Positions 13,329 to 24,602 of a stretch of 64,000 bases of DNA are shown piece by piece. The first letter of the stretch is position 1; each line of letters starts with the position of its first letter. The position numbers and the translations under genes are program-made. The notes beneath the pieces were generated by a model, which was not told the DNA's origin, made no database searches, and saw only the letters and a list, made by a program, of their open reading frames with translations. The DNA comes from Octopus vulgaris (lineage: Eukaryota): positions 16,058,001 through 16,122,000 of the forward strand of contig OX597829.1 of assembly GCA_951406725.2 (NCBI GenBank), written 5' to 3'.

Positions 13329-13620
13329 CAGTTGGATGAACTGAGCCGTGATGTCCTTCTCCCAACTCCACTTCCCAACTGGTGGAAACGCACTGGCAGG
13401 CAGCTGAAGACCTGGGTTACAATGGTCAAGGAGGACCTCTCCGTGCTCACGGGTCTGCAGGTGGTGGGCCTGCGCCGATGGAACCATAACTGGCTCGCTA
13501 TCTCCAGTGAACTAGGCGCAGGACCGTCGTGCGTGGGCTGCCATGGTTTGAGATGCCTCGAGGGTGGTAGAAAAAGCCAACTCAACCTGCCCAGCGTGAA
13601 TGTCGCCACAAGTACAAGTA
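13329..13620 (+). mobile_element. RTE-clade LINE 3' fragment with a 16-bp TSD, inserted in a family-B SINE
   Basis: KRTGRQLKTWVTMVKEDL then, after a frameshift, AQDRRAWAA. (CAAGTA)2 tail. AGTACTTATTTTCTTT occurs at 13313-13328 and 13617-13632. Confidence 0.85.
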
Positions 13621-14721
13621 CTTATTTTCTTTAAGCTTGGTACTTATTCTATCGATCTCTGATGACGAACTGCTAGGTTACAGAGACATAAACACACCAG
13701 CATGGTTGTCAAGCAGTGTTAACTGACAAATATAGATGCAAAGACAAAACACACACACACACACACATATATTTATCACCATCTTTTAACGTCCGCTTTC
13801 CATACTGGCATGTGTTAGATGTTTATGGTTTCACTGGAACTGGGAAGCTGAAGAACTGCACCAAGTTCCAGTCTGATTTGGCATAGTTTCTTATTTCTTT
13901 ATTGCTTACAAGGGGCTAAACATAGAGGGGACAAACAAGGACAGACAAACGGATTAAGTCGATTACATTAACCCTAGTGTTCAACTGGTACTCAATTTAT
14001 CGACCCCAAAAGGATGAAAGGCAAAGTCAACCTCGGCAGAATTTGAACTCAGAACGTAACGGCAGACAAAATACCTATTTCTTTACTACCCACAAGGGGC
14101 TAAACACGTAGAGGACAAGCAAGGACAGACAAACGGATTAACTGCGTAACTGGTACTTAATTTAACGACCCCAAAAATGATGAAAGGCAAAGTCGACCTC
14201 GGCGGAATTTGAACTCAGAACGTAACCGCAGACGAAATACCACTAAGCATTTCACCCGGCGTGCTAATGTTTCTGCCAGCTCGCCACTTTTGGCATAGTT
14301 TCTATGGCTGGATACCTTTCCTAATGCCAACCACTCGAAGAGTGTAATGGGCGCTTTTTACAAGCCACCGGCATGGGTGCCATCTACATAACACCAGCAA
14401 CAGCCACAACTACAGGTGTCATTCATATGACATTGGCAACCCTAACCCTTATCCTAACTATGATTTCACTTGGCTTGATGAATCTTCTGAAGTACAGCAT
14501 ATCATGAAAGGTCTCAGTCACTCACTTCTTTCAGTCTCCATCCACCAAATCCACAAGGTTGCCTAAGGCTATAGCAGAAGACACTTGCACAAGGTGTTAC
14601 ACCGTGGAACTGAACCCAGAACCACCTGGTTGGGAAGTAAGCTTGCTATTTGTAACTGTCCTATTTTTGAAATTATATTTTAGAAGATTGTCAAAGGAAG
14701 GGATGGAAATTCTGTTTTTAA

Positions 14722-14941
14722 CCCTTTTGTTACTGTATTTATTTTGAGATGCCCTGTGTTTTTTCAATCACCTTAAATATGACAAAGAATTTAGTAAAAT
14801 AACTTAGTTATCATCAAGCTTGTGTTAGTAACATAAATTGTGCCTAAGGTTTGGTGGAAGATTTTAATTCAAAACTTATGAAAACAAGACATTTGTACTA
14901 CAGAGCTAGAGGCAGTTTCAGCTGGGTTGGTAACGAAAGAG
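14722..14941. mobile_element. TTAA-target (piggyBac-like) MITE
   Basis: TTAA|CCCTTTTGTTAC...GTAACGAAAGAG|TTAA. Same family at 19086-19287 and 57234-57444. Confidence 0.85.
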
Positions 14942-14959
14942 TTAATGCTGTTGTCATTT

Positions 14960-15175
14960 ATACAGAGCCTCCAAGAATGGTGAGATTATTTTGATGTGGT
15001 TGATGTACATCTTGGGTATTTGTAGAACAGTGTCCATGACCTTCGAGTACTCAGCACTTTTTGCAGTTTTCATCCTTTATATGTATTACATGCTTGTCCA
15101 CACTGACACAGTTTTCTCTCTTACACCTGATTCGTCTTATTCCCAATTTTTTTCTCACCTTGTTTATATATTGTC
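14960..15175 (-). mobile_element. Decayed RTE LINE C-terminal fragment
   Basis: Minus-strand remnants RKKLGIRRIRC...HVIHIKDENCKKC resemble the RTE tail motif (LRWYGHV...VKKC). Frameshifted. Confidence 0.5.
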
Positions 15176-16503
15176 GACCAAGACCTTTGGAAATATGCTG
15201 TGCGTGAGAAGACCCGACAGGACAAGTGAGACCATAACCCATGGCCTTTACCTGGGATGTAGCCAGTCCACTTATGCATACCTTTCCTCCTTGGGACACA
15301 AAACTCTGCTTGTGAAGACCTGTTAAGGCAAGTGAAATCGAAATTGATAAAAAAATCAATGGAAATTGTAGTTGTGATACCAGTGACGGTGGCACGTAAG
15401 AGAACCATCCAAACGTAGCCATTGCCAGCGCCGCCTCGACTGGCCTCTGTGCCGGTGGCATGTAAAAAGCACCAACCGATTGTGGCCGTTGCCAGCCTCA
15501 CCTGGCACATAAAAAGCACCCACTACACTCACGGAGTGGTTAGCTTTAGGAAGGGCATCCAGCTGTAGGAACACTGCCAGATCAGACTGGGTCTGGTGCA
15601 GCCTCCTGGCTTCCCAGACCCCAGTCGAACCGTCCAACCGATGCTAGCATGGAAAACGGACGTTAAACGATGATGATGATGATGTGTGGTAACGTTACAC
15701 AGCTAATAGCAATGAAAGAACTCTAACAAATCTATCTTATTGGTTGATTGACTAAGCAATTAACGAAACAGTCAATTAGTTAATTAGTTACATGATTAAC
15801 CAAATTGACTGATAAATATAAAAGAATTGGAAAAGAACCCTTGTGCGTGTGTGTGTGTGTGTGTTTATTATTGACATAGTGACCCTCCTGAGATACAACA
15901 ACAAAAAAAAATTAACAAACTGATATAGAATACAAAAATTTATCTTGTCTTTCTCATTGATGAAAAAATATGCAAATGCTATTTACTTGAATCAGACAAG
16001 CAAAATAAATCTGCACTCCGTAAATGGCAGACAGAATTTATATCTTTGGTGAGCACTTTGTTTATATGGTCACAGGTATATTATATTCTCTTTACTCTTT
16101 TACTTGTTTCAGTCATTTGACTGCTGCCATGCTGGAGCACTGCCTTTAGTCAAGCAAATCGACCCCCAGGACTTATTCTTTGTAAGCTTTGTACTTATTC
16201 TATCGGTCTCATTTGCCGAACTGCTAAGTTAGGGGGTGGTAAACACACCACCATCGGTTGTCAAGCGATGTTGGAGGGACAAACACAGACACACAAAAAT
16301 ATACAGACACATACATATATACATATAGAGAGAGAGAGAGACGACAGGCTTCTTTCAGTTTCCATCTACCAAATCCACTCACAAGGCCTTGGTCAGCCCG
16401 AGGCTATAGTAGAAGACACTTGCCCAAGGTGTCACGCAGTGGAACTGAACCAAGAACTATGTGGTTGGTAAGCAAGCTGTTTACCACACAGTCACTCCTG
16501 CAC

Positions 16504-16534
<31 letters not shown>

Positions 16535-18318
16535 ACAGGCTTCTTTCAGTTTCTGTCTACAAAATCCACTCACAAGGCTTTGGTCGGCCTGAGGCTATAG
16601 TAGAAGACACTTGCCCAAGGTGCCACGCAGTGGGACTGAACCCAGAACCATGTGGTTGGTAAGTAAACTGCTACCACACAGCCACTCCTGCACCTATGTA
16701 ATATTTTATATGCAAGGCAGCAATCTTTAGCACACCAGACAAAATGCTTAGCAGCATTTCATCCATCTTTTCCATTCTGAGTTCAAATCCCACTAAGGTT
16801 GACTTTGCCTTTCATCTTTTCAGGGTCGATAAAATAAGTACCAGTTGAGCACTGTGGTTCGATATAATCAACTCAGCCCTCTACTGAATATGTGGGCCTT
16901 TTGCCAGAATTTAAAACCAGTATTTTATATGCAAGGGAGAAAGCTGGCAGAATTGTTAGCAACCCGGGCAAAATGCTTAACATTCATTTAGTCCATCTTT
17001 ATCTTCTGCATTCAAATTCCATCAGTTTTGGGGTCAATAAAATCAGTACCTATTTCTATTTCTTTACTACCCACAGAAAGGACAAACAAGAACAGACAAA
17101 CGGATTAAGTCGATTATATCGATCCCAGTGCGTAACTGGTACTTATTTAATCGACCCCGAAAGGATGAAAGGCAAAGTCGACCTCAGCAGAATTTGAACT
17201 CAGAACGTAGCGGCAGACGAAATACCGCTAAGTATTTCACCCAGCATGCTAGCGTTTCTGCCAGCTCGCCGCCTTAATAAAATCAGTACCAGTTGAGCAC
17301 TATTGGCCAATATAATCGACTTAGGTATCGAGTACGAGTGCGTGTGCCGGCCGGTCGGTCAGCGCACAAATGCGATCTCTGCTGTTCCAAGTTAGTTGCA
17401 AAGAAGTTCCTTGAAATTGCTGGCCTTGGGCCAAAATTTAAAACCAATATTTTATATGTAAATTATTGATTATGTTGTCAATAATAGTTTATAATTACAA
17501 GACAAATTTGTAAGACAGAGTGAACCAATATTCTAGATTAAGTCTACATGATATGGATAGCAGAAACTGGTACTATGTCATACCTTAACTTGCATTTTGC
17601 TAGAAATACAATATCCGAAATAAATTCAAATGTTCTCACAAACGAGAATACTAAAAAAGGACCGACCACTCTCAAAAATTAAGTGAAAAAAACTGGAAAA
17701 ATAATCCAGAATCCTTGTCCGGTACCTGATCAATCCCAATGGTAGTCATGGAATGTGAAGGTGAGTGTGCGGGCCATGTTTGTAAGATCATAATACTTCA
17801 TGGTGGCACGTAAAAAGCACCCACTACACTCTTGGAGTGGTTGGCATTAGGTAGGGCATCCAGTTGTAGAAACTCTGCCAAATCAAGATTAGAGCCTGAT
17901 GCAGCCATCTGGTTCACCAGCCCTCAGTCAAAATCGTCCAACCATGCTAGCAAACGATGATGATGATGATGAATCCAGAATCCTTGTCCAGTACTGGATC
18001 AATCCCATAATCTAATCAGTTTGTGCCAGTCATAAGGCCAAACATTCCTGAAAGTTTCATCTAAATCCATCCAGCGGTTCTTGAGATATCTTATCCATGG
18101 ATAGACAAGCAAACAAACATGACCGAAAACAATACCAGCGATAGCGGCAGCAGTGATAAGGATCATGATGATGATGATGGTGATGGTCTTCATGTTGATG
18201 GTGATGATGGTTAATGAAATCAGTGAGATATGTTGTTGTTGTTGTAGTTATAATTTTGTTATTGTTATATTCTTAGTTCACTAATCTGACGATTCTCATT
18301 ATCCTCATTATTTCCCAG

Positions 18319-18428
18319 ATATGGACGAGGTTTTGGGATTGTTGAAGCATTGGTTGGAAAAGAAAATTTCATGAATGTGAGAAACTGTAATCTTGGAATC
18401 CTCTTCTATGCAGCACAGATAATCTTGA
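18319..18428 (+). CDS. VKORC1: Vitamin K epoxide reductase, coding exon 2 (110 bp)
   Basis: Acceptor TTTCCCAG at 18311-18318. (K)YGRGFGIVEALVGKENFMNVRNCNLGILFYAAQIIL(S) contains the GRGFG motif. Donor GTAAGT at 18429 (phase 1). Confidence 0.95.
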
Positions 18429-18458
18429 GTAAGTTCTTTCATACCGTCTTCTTTTATA

Positions 18459-18830
18459 CTAGCACTATGACCCGGCGTTGCCAGGTCATAGTGCTAGTGC
18501 ATGCATATACAGATGCGTGCGTGCGCACATACACGCGAGTACTGTCCAAATCTCCGACCAATCACATACACCTAGCTGGCATTCAATTGACGTATCAAGT
18601 TTTGGGCATTTTGATTGGGTTTTGGATAGAAAATTCACAAAAAAGTCACTGCTATTGATTTTTTAATGGCTTTGCGGGGTGACTGGGAAAATGTAAAGAT
18701 GTGCACGACCACCCTTGGACGGTTTTGAATGACCATAGAAAGTGCGATCCCTCTAACTGAAAAATTGTGGATTTGTATAAAGGATACACACACACACAGA
18801 CAGACATTTTGCCGTTTATATATTTAGAGA
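18459..18830 (-). mobile_element. Non-autonomous Helitron
   Basis: Minus strand reads A|TCTCTAAATATATAAA at the 5' end, GACCTGGCAACGCCGGGTC subterminal hairpin and CTAG|T at the 3' end. No TSD. Confidence 0.85.
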
Positions 18831-19085
18831 TGCCAACATACCATCGTTTATTTTTTTTAACTCACCTTTAGTCCTCTTGTCAAACCACACTAGTGACCTC
18901 AGCGTGTAAACAATATCAGACCCAAACCATTTCACATCAATCTGTTCTGCAGACATGTGTTTTCATATTGATCTATTCTTTTGTTTAGAACGGAGCCGGC
19001 CAACCTGAGGTCCTCGGGACACATGAGACCCATAGACTTTTATTTTATAGCCCACTTGATACTTTCTTGAAATGGATTTATTTAA

Positions 19086-19287
19086 CCCTTTTGTTACTGT
19101 ATTTATTTTGAGATGCTCTGTGTTTCTTTCAAATACTTTAAATATAACAAAGAATTTAGTAAAATAACTAGTTAACATTCAACTAGTGTTATAAACATAA
19201 ATTGTGACTAAGATTTTAATTCAAAACTTATGAAAACAAGGCATTTGTACTACAGAGCCAGTTTCAGCCGGGTTGGTAACGAAAGGG
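19086..19287. mobile_element. TTAA-target MITE nested in the hAT element
   Basis: TTAA|CCCTTTTGTTAC...GTAACGAAAGGG|TTAA. Confidence 0.87.
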
Positions 19288-19366
19288 TTAAACAAGCATT
19301 TTAAAAATGTTATCAAAAATTAAAGATTGTAATGTAAAGTAAAAAAGAAAGAATCTGCTGTTTTTG

Positions 19367-19688
19367 TTTGTTCGTTCCTTCTCGAGCCATGCCTGGCTCA
19401 TAAGGACCGGTTTCCTTGGTGTATAGGTTCCCCATCTGGACAGGACGCCGGTCCATTACAGGTGAGCTGCAAGATGCAGGAGGAAAGAGTGAGAGAATGT
19501 TGTGGCGAAAGAGTCAGCAGAAGTTCGCCATTACCTTCTGCCGGATCCGCATGGAGCTTAGGTATTTTACTCATAAACACACACATCACCCAGTCTGAGA
19601 TTTGAACCCGCGATCCCTCGACCGCGATCCCTCGACCGCGATCCCTCGACCGCGAGTCCGCTGCTCTAACCACTAGGCCATGTGCCTA
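19367..19688 (-). mobile_element. tRNA-derived SINE family D (possibly octopus OR-type), full length
   Basis: Minus strand GGCACATGGCCTAGTGGTTAGAGC (A box) ... GGTTCAAATC (B box). CTGTTTTTG TSD at 19358-19366 and 19689-19697. A 14-bp unit is triplicated in the head. Confidence 0.85.
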
Positions 19689-20517
19689 CTGTTTTTGCAA
19701 CGATAATATTTCATGTGAAATCAACGAGCATTCATTCATTATTGTAATAATAGGATGAAAAAGCAAAATGCTTTCAATTCTGTCAGTTTCCAAGCGGCCC
19801 TCAAAAAGCTTTCTGTGATTAAAGTGGTCTGCTATGTAATTTGAGTTGGCCAGGCCTGGTTTAGAATATTATATAATAACTAATGTACCAGGCAAGCATG
19901 GAATATGAATACATACACACACACACATATATACATATATATGTGTGTGTATGTGTATTCATATTCCATGCTTGTTTGGTATATTAGTTTACGGGGAACA
20001 TTTTGAATATCCATATAAAAGCGCCTATTCCATTATGCCAGCTATTGCCTAATACTGCCAACTAGTGATATCAGTTTCTTGGGGTCACACCGAGCTGTGC
20101 CGATATAATGTAGGATAAATACAGTAATAATAATAATAATAATATAATCCTTGGATGGAATTTACAAATATCCTAATACATCATTATGCCTGTAGCAATG
20201 CATTAAAATATTTTTAAATTGCATCCATGGATTATTATTATCATTACTATATATATAGGCACGTAAAAAGCACCATCCGAATGTGGCCGATGCCATACCC
20301 ACCTTGACTGGCTTCCGTGCCGGTGGCACGTAAAAAGCACCAACCAGTGGAGTCTTTTAATCCAAAATGTCAGTTAGTTGATTTATGTGAATTATCTCCC
20401 TTACATGTTCTCATTTAGACGTGAAAAAACTTCAGCAGAGTTAGTTTTGCCTAATTAATTGCATATAAAATCTCAGCTAATTAAAGTTGTATAACTCACA
20501 TATATGGAGCTCCTACT

Positions 20518-20553
<36 letters not shown>

Positions 20554-21095
20554 TGTCCGTTTTTCCATGCTGGTATGGGTTGTTGGATGGTTTGACCAGA
20601 ACCGGAAAGCTGGGTAGCTACACCAGGTTCCAGTCTGATCTGGCTTGGGTTTCTACAGCTTCCTAACATCACTCACTTTACAATGTGTGCTTGATGCTTT
20701 TAACATGCCTATTTCTTTACTACCCACAAGGGGCTAAACATTGAGGGGGCCAAACAAGGAGAGACAAACGGATAAAGTCGATTACATCGACCCCAGTGCA
20801 TAACTGGTACTTACTTAATCGACCCTAGAAGGATGAAAGGCAAAGTCGACCTCGACGGAATTTGAACTAAAATAGATACCAGGCTTAAAAAAGAAGTACT
20901 GGGGTTGATTCGACTACAAATTCAAGGTGGTGCCCCAGCATGACCGCAGTCTAATAAAAGATTCATATTCTATGCTCAGTTATTATATAATTTTCTAAAC
21001 TAAATTTTTCTTTATAAAAAAAAGATAAAATACAACACCCACTTAATCTAAATGATAAAGGATTCTTTAATTTATATTTCTGTTCAAATTTTCAG

Positions 21096-21289
21096 GTTTT
21101 TTTCCTGGTTATATACCAATTTACATGCTTTACTGGTCTGCTTTGATCTCGGTGCTTGGCTGTGTATATTTGGCATATATTCTTGTCTTTGTGCTCAAAG
21201 ACCTCTGTATCTTGTGTATGGCAACCTATGTCATCAATGCATGTATTCTGGTTTTAAACTATTCTGCTTACAACAAAATGACTGTTTAA
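21096..21289 (+). CDS. VKORC1: Vitamin K epoxide reductase, coding exon 3 (CXXC active site and stop)
   Basis: Acceptor TTTTCAG ends at 21095. (S)FFPGYIPIYMLYWSALISVLGCVYLAYILVFVLKDLCILCMATYVINACILVLNYSAYNKMTV*, with TAA at 21287-21289. Spliced CDS is 188+110+194 = 492 nt = 163 aa. This frame is missing from the ORF track. Confidence 0.95.
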
Positions 21290-21334
21290 TTCCGTTTAAC
21301 AAACAATCATGGCTCCCGAAACAATCAAAGAAAG

Positions 21335-21340
21335 AAATAA
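21335..21340 (+). terminator. Candidate polyadenylation signal for VKOR
   Basis: AATAAA about 45 nt after the stop, followed by a TTGTTGTTTTT GU/U-rich element at about 21361. Distal AATAAA also near 22140 and 22255. Confidence 0.45.
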
Positions 21341-22278
21341 AGATTTTGCATAATTGACAGTTGTTGTTTTTTTTCTCTTCTTTTTCTTCTCCTCCTTCCT
21401 CCTCTTCTTCGTTCTTCCTTCTTTTCTTCTTCCTCCATCTTCACATCCTCCTCCTCTTCCTTCTCCTCCTCCTTTGTCTTCTTTTTTGCTTGTTTTTTCT
21501 TTCTTTTAATAGTTTCAACCATACTGAGGAACCACTCTCAAAGGTTTAAGCTAATCATATCCATGCCAGTAACTGTCTCAAAATGATAATTATTTTATAG
21601 ATCTTTAAGCATAAGCAAACACACGCACACACATTTCCCAAATGCTTTTCATTGCTTCTGTAGGGGCAGTTCTTTTTTTTTTTAAACTCCTGCAGTAAGC
21701 AATGACGAATATGTATACTGGTTCGTAAAGTCCTTATCCTCCATGAGGTAAATTACTCAAATAATTTCAAATGACACACTCCCTCATAGAAGAGATGACC
21801 ATACTATTTCTAGACAGTTGTTGCCCATTCAACCTTGGTTCTGAAGTGATTGGTTGAGTCATATTTCATAGTGGCAAAAAAACACTTATTTTCCAAACAC
21901 GCCAGTATATATATATATATATGTAATAATGATAATTTTTTGAGGGAATATAGTTCCTCACTTACAGGGAAAAATTCAATTTAGAAATACTAAATCAAAT
22001 TTCACAAAATATATAATATATATGTAAAAATTAGAAAAAAAGTACCTTTTATCAATTCAAAATGAACAATTAAATTACATCTAGAAAATTACATATAATA
22101 GAAATATTAAATATAAAATAACAATAATTGCAAAATAATAATAAAAACGTGTATATATTTGGAATATATATATATATATATGGATGTATGGATTGAATCA
22201 CGTGTGTGTGGGTGTGTATGCGCGTAATGAAATGTAAAGTATACTGTTTTTAACAATAAACGGTCAATTTGGATTCAC

Positions 22279-22769
22279 TGTTGTGGCGAAAGAGTCAGCA
22301 GAAGTTCGCCATTACCTTCTGCCGGATCCGCATGGAGCTTAGGTATTTTGCTCATAAACACACACATCACCCAGTCTGAGATTTGAACCCGCGATCCCTC
22401 GACCGCGAGTCCGCTGCTCTAACCACTAGGCCATGTGCCTACTGTTACGATAATATTTCATGTGAAATCAACGAGCGTTCATTCATTATTGTAATAATAG
22501 GATGAAAAAGCAAAATGCTTTCAATTCTGTCAGTATACAAGCGGCCCTCAAAAAGCTTTCTGTGATTAAAGTGGTCTGCTATGTAATTTGAGTTGGCCAG
22601 GCTTGGTTTAGAATATTATATAATAACTAATGTACCAGGCAAGCATGGAATATGAATACATACACACACACATATATACATATATATGTGTGTGTATGTG
22701 TATTCATATTCCATGCTTGTTTGGTATATTAGTTTACGGGGAACATTTTGAATATCCATATAAAAGCGC
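22279..22769 (+). repeat. Direct duplication of 19498-20024 (about 0.5 kb)
   Basis: Colinear near-identity. Differs by 28-bp, 6-bp and 2-bp indels and a few substitutions. Confidence 0.93.
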
Positions 22770-23472
22770 TTTACTTTTATAGTGAGATTAAAAGATTAAA
22801 AGATTAAATTATTTATTGAAATTATTGTATAAGTCTTTTAATTACGCTCATTCAAACTAAAGGTAACGCTCAAGTACTCAAATCCACAAATTAAGCGGCA
22901 CAAGTCTACAGTTGCCTCCCTTACAGTCACTTACCTCCCTTTGAAGGTATGTATTCATACCACAATGGCTTACTTTTCAAGTGCATAGTGGTATTCCAAT
23001 GTAAATGTCGAAATTTAGCCTTGGCTCAGATCTGGGTACAGTTATGAAAATCAAACCAGTGATGACCACACGACTTTTTTCATTTTTTTTTTTTAATTCT
23101 GGTTACCATGTCTACACATTTTGCAATTCATTCCTCCAGCTCACATGCCTGTTCTGGGATACTTCTGGGCCGAGGTTAAGCTGTTAAAGAACCTTTGCTT
23201 TAATTCTTTATTTCAATATGAAAATGTGAGTATAGGCGCAGGTGTGGCTGTGCGGTAAGATGCTTGCTACCCAACTATATGGTTCCTGGTTCAGTCCCAC
23301 TGCATGGCATCTTGAGCAAGTATCTTTTACTATTGCCTCAGACCAACAAAAGCCTTGTGAGTGGATTTGGTAGACAAAAATTGAAAGAAGCCCATTGTGA
23401 GTGTGAGTGTGTGTATGTATGTATATATATATACATATACACGCACACTCACAATGGGCTTATATATATATA

Positions 23473-23780
23473 TGGAGGCACAATGGCCCAGTAGTTAGGG
23501 CAGCAGACTAGCGGTCGTAGGATCATGGTTTTGATCCCCAGATCGGACGTTGTGAGTGTTTATTGAGCGAAAACACCTATAGTTCCACGAGGCTCCAGCA
23601 GTGGGTGGTGGCGATCCCTGCTGTTCTCTTTCGCCACAACTTTCTCTCACTCTTTCTTCTGTTGGTCTGCTCACTTAGCCAGCTGGGTGGCGTCATTTGA
23701 AGGCTAAAACAATGAGAAGCACATTGTGACCAGCGATGTGTAGCAACATCTGATAGCCTGGTCGTTCATGTGATCACATG
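23473..23780 (+). mobile_element. tRNA-derived SINE sharing its 5' half with family D but with a different 3' tail
   Basis: GGAGGCACAATGGCCCAGTAGTTAGGGCAGC head. Shares the CTCTTTCGCCACAAC-TTCTCTCACTCTTTC block with 19367-19688, then diverges. Confidence 0.75.
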
Positions 23781-23868
23781 ATATGTATATTATAAAGTTA
23801 AAAGTAGGAAAGAAAATGGAGATAAGGAAGTTAACAATTATTTGTTATTAACAAATTGGTCGTGTTTG

Positions 23869-23966
23869 CTTCTTACAGCCATTTCAATTAATATTCAATA
23901 ATCTAATTACAAATTTGTACATTAAATTTGCATTTATGTGACATAAGCATAATTTCATCAGAAAAA
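23869..23966 (-). ncRNA. Type-I hammerhead motif with a long loop II, in a fold-back element (about 23785-24069)
   Basis: CTGATGA 23961-23955; stem II AATTA/TAATT; GAAA 23885-23882; TGGCTGTA (GUA triplet); AGAAG pairing with the T run. Inverted arms span 23950-24069. Confidence 0.62.
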
Positions 23967-24075
23967 AAAAAGATATACCTTGGGATGTTATATGTGGACC
24001 TGCTGAAATGAATTGATAGGACCACATATAACATCCCAAAGTACATCTTTTTTTTTTCTGATGAAATTAATAAAG

Positions 24076-24425
24076 CAGGGGTTCTCAACGATTCCTTATC
24101 TATGGACCCCTTTGATTACTATTTTATTATGGTGGACCCCTATAACCAGTTGATGTTTAAAAACTAGTTTCATTGAAACTCCTTTCAAAATTCCTATTTT
24201 GTTTTTCACCCATTAACTTGTGTAGATTGAATTATGTAAAATGTTAGATAAAGATACCCAGCTGTTTCTTGCAATACATACCAATACATAATTCTAAAAC
24301 AAAATTTTATCAGGGGCCCTTAAAATACTAATGTGGATCCCCCAACTTACTGTTCTATTACATAGTCCCCACCAAAATCTTATATAGACCCTCAGGACCA
24401 TATAGATCCTGGTTGGGAACCACTG
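24076..24425. mobile_element. hAT-Charlie-like MITE
   Basis: TIRs CAGGGGTTCTCAAC / GTTGGGAACCACTG. TSD not preserved. Confidence 0.75.
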
Positions 24426-24602
24426 ATCTAGGAGAAAGAAAACTCCAAAATTGATATATTTGAAGCATGCCCTAAGCCAGCAGAGAAGAATATGGCTGAT
24501 GAAACTAACATCAGGCATGTCCAATAACACAGATTCATACCATGGAGGCAACTGTAACAGGATGAAGGTCTCAGGAACACTTGAGGGGTGTTGGTCTTAT
24601 CC

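Larger units (their letters stand above)
18991..19858. mobile_element. hAT (Charlie-like) MITE with an 8-bp TSD, carrying two nested insertions
   Basis: GTTTAGAA at 18983-18990 and 19859-19866. Ends CGGAGCCGGCCAAC / GTTGGCCAGGCCTG. Confidence 0.82.

Noticed and set aside
18350-18658. 102-aa ORF as a separate gene
   Set aside because: Its start is VKOR exon 2 and the rest is read-through into the intron and Helitron.
21052-21357. 101-aa ORF over VKOR exon 3
   Set aside because: Wrong frame. The spliced frame gives the CILC active site and stops at 21289.
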